From: Hydrolagus colliei | Taxonomy: Eukaryota | Direction of reading: 5' to 3' | Length of the DNA: 64,000 nucleotides | Assembly: GCA_035084275.1 (NCBI GenBank) | Contig: CM068749.1 | Location: 15,252,001-15,316,000, forward strand | Shown here: piece after piece, positions 53,396-64,000 of the stretch | How the letters are laid out: each line of letters starts with the position of its first letter | How positions within the stretch are numbered: position 1 is the stretch's first letter | Notes under the pieces: generated by a model | The model's database searches: none | The model's input: only the letters and a program-made list of their open reading frames with translations | What the model was told of the DNA's origin: nothing | Translations under genes and position numbers: made by a program

Positions 53396-54939
53396 ACTTC
53401 GTTGGTACAGTATCACATACCATAAATAATAATAATTATTGCATTTGATATACCACTTTTCACGTCATCTAGATGTCTCAAAGCTCTTCACAGAATATAT
53501 TGTAAAGTGAATTGACTGTATATTTGTGGGCGAAACAGGTTTACAACTTGAAACAGCACAGAGGGCTCCTGCTGTTTGTTGGTTTTCATTCAGTGCATAT
53601 CCTATCAATTTCTCACACCTTGCCCCATGTACTCTCGAGAAGAAGAGTAAAGCATTGTGTTTATTTGTTCAGCAGGTAAAACCTGTTCTACTCTTAACTG
53701 CTTCCAAGAAATAAATCAAGAGGACTCAAGAGCAACAGGGGCAAGGCAGATTTTCCAATGATGCTCAAATCTGTCTCAAGTATTCTCATGATATAGATAC
53801 AGTATATTAAAATAAACTGGTATACAAATTCATTAATAATATTCACTAAATATCTATTTAAAAAACTGCATTTCTTCAATTTACATGGAACAATTTGTAA
53901 CCTTTACTTCATTATTTTTATTCTCTGGGCAACATACAAAGAGGTTTGAGTACCCTGGAGTAAAAACTATTTTTGCCTTTAACTCCTCTTTTTAATTATC
54001 TGTTTCTATATTGAACCTCTCTTTAGGTTCTCTTTTTCTCTATGCCAATGACTTTTAATATAACTCCATGGGAAATGTAAAATTCTCAAGATGCTTTGTG
54101 CTGACCCAAATCTTTTTTTCACAAAATATTCATTCAATTTAACAAAATCCCAGGATCCTTGCTTTGCAACTTGAACCAACGAATCCTTTTTCCCAGTTGT
54201 TATGTCCTCTTTCTTTAAATCATCCGTATTTAGTGTTTTTGATCCAGTTTAATCCTCTGTATTTAACTGATCATTATCAAACTATCAAATGCCACAGCTT
54301 TGTTTAGACAAATTTAACTTGCTGAAATTGTTTGCCACATACATTCAAAAACACTTCATAATTTGTGGGGATTTTCAGTAAGAATATATACATATCTGAC
54401 TATCAATACAAATCTCTTGAGGAACTAAAAGTTACGTGCACAATATCATTGAACTCCATGTCCCTTTCAACGGGAATTGCTTACTATTGTTGGAGGTCCA
54501 TATGTCCTTTATTTTAAAGGTAACTGTTGGAATTATATTTAATATGAACCACTGAACTACTTATAAAATATGAATACTCTGCTTGTAGTTTAGATTTTAG
54601 CAGCAACAATTTGTACTGTTTCACAACTGAGTTGGTTTATAACTCATCAGGTTTGATTGTTAATATAGTCAGTTTCAAGCAAATTTAACTTCTAACATTA
54701 GCTTCAATATGAGTATTGCATAACTATCCTTTCTGTGACCAGACCCACTTTACATATTTTTTAAAAGAGTCATTTGTGAGAAATTGTTCGAAACTGCAGC
54801 AGTATATAGCAGGATTTATATAAAGTGTCAGCTTGGCTCAGTTGGTACATAGCGCTCTCACCTCAGAGTCAGAAGATTATGGCTACTTTGAGCATACAAT
54901 CTAGGGGGCTAACACTCCAAAGCAATGCTGTTGTAAAGG

Positions 54940-55120
54940 ATAATAGAATCTTACAGCCAGCCCATTGTGTCTGTGCCAGTTCTTTAAAAGAGCTATCCAA
55001 CTAGTCCATTCCCCCGATCTTACTTCATAGCTCTGCATTTTTTTCTTATTCAAATAGCGATGCAATTCTCTTCTAAATCTGCTTTCTTTTTTAGGCTGTG
55101 TGTTCCAGCGTAACAACTCT
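54940..55120 (-). mobile_element. CR1 3' end fragment next to a Deu-SINE head (54825-54935, +)
   Basis: Minus strand FRRELHRYL, GEW..WIALLK and GGCACAGACACAATGGGC, the CR1 3' UTR seen in other copies here. Confidence 0.65.
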
Positions 55121-57574
55121 TATCAGTAGTTACTACTTTGGCCTCCACAACAATATTTCAACGTAATCTTGTTCAGAAAAGTATTTTGAGACATTTGTTT
55201 TAAGCAAAACATAAATTGTTATTGCTGTATTATTGTATTATTGAACATCTTTGCTCATGCTAAGTGGAAGTTAGAGGCCTCAATTGTTCTGTGGTTCCAA
55301 GACTTAAACCTATTAGGGGTGTCCACCTTCGGAAGATATTGCACTTGCTGAGATACTCCACTGAGCTCACAGTTCAATTCTTATCATAAGACTTAAACCA
55401 TTAAGGAACAACGAATTCATCCAACTATCAGTCTGAAGACTCAGATTCTTTAAATCAAGGTACCATCTGCCTATTCAGGTGGATGTCTGAGTGTCTACAG
55501 TATTCAAAAAAGAGAAGGGAGTTTCTCACTTCCAGTGTCATGGCCAACAATCCTCCAGATAAAATTTGTCATTGATTTCAAATGGTTTTTGAGGACTATG
55601 AATATTATTTCTTATGTGGCTTGGCAAGGTAATTACATCATCATTTATCCTTACAATAATACTCACAAAATAACATTCTATCTGTAAAGCAATAGAAAAC
55701 AAACTTTTTTTTAAAAAAATGTACTGTGTACCTTTACTGCAGCCTTTTTTTTATATTAAAAAAATTCTCAGATCAAACTGACTTTTTCATCCTTCAAATT
55801 GGGTTAATTATATATGTGGTACATGTTTTTAAGTACTCAAAATACAGATTTATACAGATATAAAGATATTGTGATTGCTGAGATAGAGCTTGTATTCATA
55901 GCATGTGCACTAAACTCAGAATTCAATTCTCATTGCAAGGCTCAAACAATTAGAGAACAACCAATTCATCCAACAATCAGGTTGAAGACTCAGATTCATT
56001 GTAAACCAGGTCATTCTATTTCAATCAATCGATCGATCAATCAATCGATCAATACTTACATTTATATTGCGCCTTTCACATCGAGAGGACATCCCAAGGC
56101 ACTGTACAGTTAAGTGGGGACAAGGGCAGGGGGGAGGGGTCGGGGCAGGATGAAGAAGAGTAGGAAAATTGACTGCATATTTGTGGATGAAACGCGGCAG
56201 CCAAATTGTGCACAGCAGTGTCCCACAAATAGTCATGGAAGTGGGTAGGGGAAAAAGGGGGGAAAGATGGCAAGGGGATGGGTCAGGGCAGGAGAGCAGG
56301 AAAGCCGACTGTACATTTGTGGGCGAAACGCAGTAGCCAAATTACGCACAATACTTGACAGCAAGGGAAGGGAAATGATTATAGAATGATTACACGCTGC
56401 AGTGGAACGTGGAGTCTAAACGTAACCGCCATGGCTTTACTTTGAAAATTTGTCCCCCAGACATGGTCAAACATAATTAATAATCTAAGACTTCCTCTCT
56501 AAGGGTATGCATTTCACACTGTATAACTTTCACAGTAAAATGTCCACATATGGTCCATTTACTGTAAAGGGGTTTAACAGGAGAAATAAATCTCCATTTA
56601 TTAATCTCCATTGTTTCAGAGAGTCTATCAGGTTCAACAAGTGACTTGTTTTCCTGGCATCTGCTTTTGGTAGTCATACCAAATATAGATTAGCAGAAGG
56701 TGGAAAACAACTCTACGATTGTGAAAAAAAAACGAATCATTTTCAAAAAATAACATTTTTCTTTTTGACAAGCATGGAATCTGGCATGCATGGAAATTCT
56801 GTGTCGTGTTTATGAGATGTGCTGGGGATTCGCTTGATTTTCATCTCAGCATGTCAAGTTTTGTCTTAAATTCCAGGTGCTAAAAATGACAGAAACAAGC
56901 TTCAGTTTGCAATCTTCCCCATGAGAGTGTGGAGGGGGGCAAATGTATCTTGCCTGAGCTCTCCCTAGATAATTAGTCAATGCCTGGAACTCCTCCTAAG
57001 CAATACGATGAGCAACAAAACTACATTTAAAGCATACAAGGGCTTTGCCAACATTCTCTCAGCTCCAAATCTTGACCATAGGTGGAGGTGAGAACCTCAG
57101 CAGCAGCTGTTCAGCATTCTATTTGTACCACATATAAAAGCAACTAAAATGTCAAATCAAATGCAAGAATATAATAATCCTTAATAATACAGCACCCTAT
57201 CACGTCTTTGAGATGTCTCAAAGCGCTTCACAGAATATACTATCAAGTGTATTGACTGTGTATTAAGAAATTTACATTGGAATCTATTTAAAAGCCCACA
57301 CTCTGGATAGCCCCTTCAAGCAGCCATCACCCACTTTTTTAAGCTATTGATTTACATCAACCTTTGGAGGAAATACATGTGTAGGGTATCTCTGTGTTTA
57401 GAAGGCCAAGTCCAATATGATGCAGTATAGTGGCTACACAAAACTGCCGAGTCTACATCCTCGAGAAAAGAGGTTGATAAAAATACCATGTTCGGAAGAC
57501 TAATGCTTCAATGCAGAGTGATTGTTCAGTATAGGTTAGAAACTGTCTTCCCCAAAATTAGATCTAGGGTATAG

Positions 57575-58199
57575 TAGGGTCCGTCGATATGGAAATTTTC
57601 CGATTAAATATATCGATGGGCTCATATCGAGATATACCGAAATATCGATATTTTCAGGTTTTTCGTACTGCGCATGCGCGCGCATTCGGAGTACGCACGC
57701 AATCGGAGTGTGCGCGAGTTCCGGATGCGCGCGCATTCCGGGTGCGCGCGTATTCGGGGCCTATTTCCTCAGGAGGTAAATATCTTTCTCTCTCTGTGTC
57801 TCTCACTCTCTCCATCTCTGTGTTTTTGTGTCTGTGTGTCTCTCTCCCTCTCTCCTCTCTCACATCCCCCCCATCTCTATCTATCTGTATATTATCACAT
57901 CCACCCCGTCTCTCCCCCCCCCCCAACCCCCGCCGTCCCTCTCTCGCACCCCCCACCCCCGTCGTCTCTCTCCCCCACCACCACCCCAGCCGTCTCTTTC
58001 TCCCCCCTTGCACCTCGGCCTGTGCATTGTGTATAGAGATGAGCATTCTGGGTCTTGTAGTTCAGTGTGCTCGCATCCCGATCTTTTACCTCGATATATT
58101 GATTTTTCGATATATCTATATTTTTGAAATGTCTATATCGGCATATCGATGTGAAAATTATATCAGGTTTTAGCGATATATCGATATATCGCCGGACCG
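57575..58199. mobile_element. CpG-rich non-autonomous hAT-like DNA transposon
   Basis: Left end TAGGGTCCGTCGATAT, right end ATATCGCCGGACCG (imperfect TIR). Flanks GGGTATAG (57567-57574) and GCGTATAG (58200-58207) form a 7/8 TSD. Many CGATAT/ATATCG subterminal motifs at both ends. Confidence 0.75.
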
Positions 58200-59640
58200 G
58201 CGTATAGACATAATTTCCAGTTTCATGTGACCGGATATATGGCATAATTATTAATCAAAGTCTAGCTTTCTATCTGAAGCAGAAATTAAACAGAATCCTC
58301 AAATGCTCACTAGCAGATTTTTTATTCATTTAATTGTTTTCAAACAAGTTAAATTACAAATAATACTGTACACCATTTTCTACCCAAAACCCAATTCATT
58401 TTAACAAAACTTGGTATGTTGAGATGAAAATCAAACTATTCCCCAACACATTTCTTTTTCTCATTTAGATCATTAAGACTTTCACAATGAAACAAACCCA
58501 AGAGGCTCAGTGTGAGAAGCAGAGGATAGCCTAGCAATATTCTCAGAAAGACTAGTTATTGTCTTGGGTGATTCTCTAGTTATTACACAAGCAGCATCGT
58601 AGTTCTATAACATGTATGTAATCATTGTTTAAAGAGTACAAATGTAACATTGCCTATAGGGAAGTTTTGCAACACAATTTACTAGAGTCGGAAAACGGAA
58701 GAATATTATAATTAAGCATCTTCTTCCTCCCACCCCCCATATAAATTACACACAGAGTATAAGCAGGAAAACATATATCTATACTGCATGTCACATAATC
58801 CTCCAAGAGTTCCTGTAAAATTCATTTTTATCTGACTTAGTCTTCGATAATTTCATATACAACTGAACACTTATAAATCTTTTGCCATTGGTAATTTCTG
58901 ACTGCAATATTCTGCTAAGCTGTTATGCAAGCTAACGTTTAAACCCAGCCTTGAGCAACGGTAATGACAAATTTGAGCGTAATTTGCTGCTTCCAACATT
59001 CTCATGTGAAATGAAACCAAAGGCGCTGTCCCACTAATCTATCATTAAAGAAAAATGTATTATTTCACGGTTGACAATCTAATAGTAATTATCTTTTCCT
59101 TGTTAAACCACCACTGCCCTGAGCAGTGTTGGGAATTGGCAGTTAATTGCAATATAATTAGCTATTTAGAAGAACTCTAAATTCTGACATGGTACATGCC
59201 ACTCTTTTTAACCTTTTGACAACTGCAATTTGCACTCAGTCTATAAAATTAAGCAATTAGCATTTCTCTTCAGAGGCAGTGGCTTATTGTGTATCCTACT
59301 GCTTAGGTTTTTTTTTATTTTCGCACATTCCAATTGTAGCGAGGAAAAACAGTATGGGAAACTTGCCTGTGGTTTGCTACTTAAGGGGGGGTGGGGGTGC
59401 TATGGAACCCAAAATGAAAAGTGCATCATTCAATCTTGAATTAATAATTCATGATTTTTCAATGTAATATTTATAGTTTAAAAAAATAGAAAAAAATGGA
59501 GCTTGGGAAAAGAATTGAGAATATTCTATTGAGAAAGGAATATACTGTACAATGATATGGTCCTACAAATTACAAGTCAGGCCATTAACTAACCATATAC
59601 ATATATACTTTTTGCACATAAACAAAACATGATACTAAGT

Positions 59641-60782
59641 TGATACTAAGTTAGGGAGAATAGTAAATAGTGAGGAGGATAGTAACCATCTGCAAGAATA
59701 TATAGACGAAATGGTAAAGTGGGCAGACACATGGCAGATAAAGTTTAATGCAGAGAAGTGTGAGGTGATAAATTTGGGGAGAAGAAATGAGGGGAGGCAA
59801 TATGTGCAATAAAGTACAATTTTAAGGGGTGTGAGAGAACAGAGAGACCTGGGGATTTGTATTAGCGACTCTTTGAAAGTGGCAGGACAGGTAGAGAAAG
59901 CCGTTAAGTGCTGATGAACCTATATAAAACTTTAATTAAACCTCAGCTGGAGTACTGTGTCCAATTCTGGTCACCACACTATAGAAAGGATAATAATAAT
60001 AATAATAATATACTGTAAAGTGAATTGACTGTATATATTTGTGGGCGAATCACGGCAGCCAATTGCGCGCAGCAGTGTCCCACAAACAGTCGTGGATTGA
60101 AATGACCAATTTTATTATTGTGATTTTTTTGGAGGGATTATTATTAGGCGTGTGGAGTAAGGAAACTTGCCCAAGGTTTCGCCCTGACCTGCCTGGATTC
60201 GAACACAGGTCTCCCCAGTTTGGTCTCCCCAGCTTGCAAGACAAGTGCTCTAACCACTGAGCCACAGGAGCTCCACAATGTTAAGGCATTGGAAAGGGTG
60301 CAAAGAAGGTTTACTAGAATGGTACCAGGATTGAGGGACTTCAGTTATGGGGAAAGGCTAGATAGGCTTGGTTTATTCTCTTTGGAACAGAGAAGGTTGA
60401 GAGGAGACCTAATAGAGGTTTATAAAATCATAAGGGGATTCGACAGGGTGAATAAGGAAAAACTGTTTCCATTGGTGGGCGAATCTGTAACTTGTGGTCA
60501 CGGATTTAAAATAGTTTCAAAACAAAGCAGAGGGGAGCTGAGGAGAAATTTTTTCACTCAGCGAGTTGTTCGAATCTGGAATGCATTGCCTGAAAAGCTG
60601 ATGGAGGCCAATTCGATAACAGCTTTTAAAAGAGAATTAGATCTTTATTTAGGGAGAACAAGTCTGTTAGATTATCGGGAGAGAGTGAGGCAGTGGGATT
60701 GAATTGCTCTTTTCAAAGAGCCAGCACAGTCTAGATGGGCCGAATGACCTCCTTTTGTGCCGTAAAATTCTATGATTCTATG
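59641..60782 (+). mobile_element. 5'-truncated CR1 LINE (ORF2 RT C-terminus and 3' tail), interrupted by a SINE
   Basis: Translates DTKLG...WQIKFNAEKCEV...RDLG...LYKTLIKPQLEYCVQFWSPHYRKD, then VKALERVQRRFTRMVPGL...RRLRGDLIEVYKI...FFTQRVVRIWNALP. Ends in the (ATTCTATG)2 CR1 tail. Confidence 0.93.
59992..60277 (-). mobile_element. tRNA-derived SINE nested in CR1
   Basis: Minus strand TGGCTCAGTGGTTAGAGC (A box), GTTCGAATCC (B box), family body GGGCGAAACCTTGGGCAAGTTTCCTTACTCCACAC, and (ATT)n tail. The CR1 sequence resumes seamlessly on both sides. Confidence 0.92.
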
Positions 60783-63700
60783 TACGACCATAATTACATT
60801 GATATGTTGAACTATTATACAATAATGAATGGCATCATATAGGCACAAAAGTCACATTTTCGATGTTTCATCAGTATGATATAAATTATTCTTGATATCA
60901 AGGCACCAAAGGGACAGAACAGACTCCAAAATGAACAAAACTCAACATTAAGGTGACAAGGAATGCAATTATATTCAATAGCCAAAATGGTTCTCAAACA
61001 TTATTATTTTTCCACCCTTTCAGATTATAAATATATTTCTCTAAAGGCATCGTTCCATAGTCAACATTGAATATTTACCATGCTGAAGGAAAGTTGGATT
61101 CTTTAACATGAATTTACTGTTCTTAGTAATAAAATATATGCAAGTATCAGCTGAATCTGGAATGATGGTGGCATTTCCCAATATCACCAAGATACAACAC
61201 AGTAGAAAATTACAAATGTTTAAAAAACATCACTAGAAAAATGTAATTATATTCTCTGAAAAGGGCAGAGTTACAGGTCAATACCACATTCAGTACTTTG
61301 CTGAGTTAAAAAAAATCTGTGTTGAAATTCATTCTTACATTTATTGTTTTGGAGGGATTATTACCTCAGGAAAGGATGGTATGTTGCCTGGTGTGCAGAC
61401 AAAATTTAATGACGAGATTCTCACATTGTGTATGTGTGGTGTGTGGGTGGATGTATGGGGTTCATGGGTGTGTGTGTCTGTGTGTGTGTGCACACGCAAA
61501 TGAGGGAGATTTTATTTGGGGGATTGTCGGTCAGGACACTGGAAGAAAGAAACTCCCTAATCTTTTCAAAAAGCACTATGGGAGATTTTTAACATCCACC
61601 TGAACTGGCAGATGTGGAATGATATTTAATATCTCATCTGAAAGACAGCGTCTCTGAATAATAAATTTCTATTAAAGCTTGTGAGGCAATAGCATTGCAA
61701 CATGACTCATTGCATTCAAAAATAAATCAGCAAAGTGAGTGTTGTTATACTGGTGATGTTAGGGTGTTTGGGCAGACTCTGTAGCTTGATGTATTGTGGA
61801 CATTAATTCTGTAAGTGTGGGCTGGAACTATGAAGTGGTGCAGCTGAACCATGTTGTCTGTAATGTAGCGTGAAAGCTAGAAGCACAGTTAAACATGTCA
61901 GTGGAACACATGGTTTAAGTCAGGTGTATTTTATGTAGGAGAGAGTGAGGCAAGTTTTATTCTTAGATCAACTTTTCTGCTCTTTGTTCATTCAATGGCC
62001 ATTTGGTTTCTGAAGTAGAGCGCCTTGTCAGAGGTGAACGTGTAGTTATGTGATGTTAGCTTTCAGCTCAAACGTTTTCAAAGTGGTCCATCAAACAAAT
62101 AATACCCCACCCGAGACTACACCACTGTATAAACAAGTTGCTGTTTTAAACCACGGAATACAGTTATTTTTCATCAACAGAAGCTTTTAATCTGAAGTGC
62201 TCCAGAACGCATGAAGGGCGTTATATAAATGCAAGTTGTTATTGTTAATCTGAATGTATTATCACTCAAATTTTAATGGATTTACAATGTAATAAAATAT
62301 AAACTCGTATTGATTGTTAAATTGTGATTTCCACAATTTCTTCAGGAGCTACAAGTCATTTTCCTTTCGTTTGGTGTTAGTTTATTGAAGAACTTTACAA
62401 TAATTTAAGTCTACTACACCTTCTGTCTATCATTATGAATTCATTTTAAATGTACAAACCTAACATCAATCATGTTTCCAGTTACACTGATAAAATCTGA
62501 CCCCTTCAAACTTGCAATATCATCTGTTCCTGAACAGCCAACAATAACTGTGTGCAATGCCACAACTAAGTAATTAGCTACGCGGTGAATTATTGCTCTG
62601 CATTGTCCTTTGTTTAATGAAAAAAGATGTTCGACTGCATCAAATCAGGCAGGTTAATTAAATCTAGGTGATAACATTGCAATTAATACATTACGAATCT
62701 GTGCCCCAAGTAAAAAGTAACAGATGAATAGTACAGCAGACAATGGTAGAGTTCTAAGGAACAATTTGTCCAGCTATTGAGCTGTATAGCATTTCCATAA
62801 TCAGAAAATACTATGCTTTCCACTTGCACTAGGGATGTAATGAATCATGGGGAATGACAAATGTGGGCGTAGCAATAGCTATACAGCAAATACATGATTT
62901 AGGTAAGTCTATTTTGAACACAAACCAAAGCCATCCTAATATGCAGGTCACATTGCAGGTCTGGCTGCGCATTAATTTTCAAAATATATATCTGTAAGAA
63001 GTTGCTGTACGTGGATAGTACAGATTCCCTGGATCTTTTCGAATTGAATCCAAAATGTTAACTGTTTTTTCTCAAATTTCAACCACAGGATTTGTGATCT
63101 GTACGTATGTGACTTCGTTTGGATGACTGGGGGCAAATAGGTGAAATTCTTGGAATTCTTGGACCCAGCACAACAAAAGGCAAAGCATTTTCCAAGAAAG
63201 GTTTCTTTAGTCAAGTACGAAAGTCAAAGAGGATCAATACAGTTCCAGCATATTTCTGATCGTGACTAAAGATCTGATTTTTTTTTTCTATTTATGTAGG
63301 AATTAAATGAAAACATTCTGCTCAATAATATGCCTTAAATGTTTCATAAATGGTATCCTTCTCATTATTTCACCAATCCTTGAGGATTCCCTGAGTGAAA
63401 ACTGGCAATTTTTAGGCAGCTTTGTGGTTTCAGACTGCACCTCCTTACAGTTCTGTTGAGACTCCCCAAACTCATTTCACATGGTATTTAGGAAGCAGCT
63501 AGAAGATTTTCATCCATTATTCTGAGCCACGTTCAAATGAGAGGTTCTAAAGCTTAAACGAGAGTATGCTAATCTACGGTATCAATCTGCTTCCGCCCCC
63601 CCACAGACACTGGCCAGCCCTCATACACATTTTATACCAGTTCCAATTCTACATTCAACAGAGCTGTACTGCAGTTACAATGCCACAATCAGACCACTAT

Positions 63701-64000
63701 TTCATACGGCTAGCAAACTTATTACTATGTTCAGTCTTGCTTATGAAAATATATTGACAACTTGCCTGTCGCGCTGTTCATTTTATTTAATCGGAAGACC
63801 CAGCTATGAAGAGTGAATTTTAAGTACGTGCTTTTGCAGCCTGTTAGGTCACCTAAAGCTCCAGGAACCTCTCGGTGGGTCTCTGTCATGCAAGACATTT
63901 CTGATTTTCAATCTTCCATTTACTGGGCACATCAATGATTTTCCCTAAGGTGAGGCTGTCAATCAAAGCCCGAACACCCCTCGAGTCAATATTTTTTTGT

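Noticed and set aside
57090-57125. NAEQLLL on - resembling PIGK YAEQLPV
   Set aside because: Only AEQL matches; no LPV..IIHQ and no suitable donor.
57536-58245. Cluster of 66-194 aa ORFs on both strands
   Set aside because: Produced by GC-rich low-complexity sequence within the hAT-like element; no transposase motifs.
59022-59031. GGCGCTGTCC REST/NRSE half-site
   Set aside because: The other half-site is absent and it is far from the ST6GALNAC5 promoter.
60200-60275. tRNA gene
   Set aside because: A and B boxes are present but it is a SINE head continuous with the SINE body, with no full cloverleaf. The same applies near 2730-2792 and 29581-29645.

Overview
AT-rich vertebrate genomic DNA. 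The repeat content (tRNA-head SINE with an L2-type tail, Deu-domain SINEs, CR1 and L2 LINEs) suggests a cartilaginous fish, probably a holocephalan; this is an inference. The window holds a complete five-exon ST6GALNAC5 sialyltransferase gene on + (ATG 23035, TGA ending 40341, 320 aa, all introns GT-AG and in phase). It also holds the convergent terminal coding exon of PIGK on - (47712-47828), matching the vertebrate ST6GALNAC3-ST6GALNAC5-PIGK order. The rest is intergenic or intronic and rich in transposons: many SINEs, CR1/L2 fragments, a decayed L1/Tx1-like LINE, a hAT MITE with a perfect 8-bp TSD, a CpG-rich hAT-like element carrying NRF1- and ZNF143-like motifs, and a short TSD-flanked insert with a decayed hammerhead-like core. 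No CRISPR, rRNA or true tRNA genes were seen. I found no convincing novel multi-gene system; the best leads are small regulatory and RNA-structure observations. Repeat boundaries are approximate and family names come from motif recognition, not database searches.
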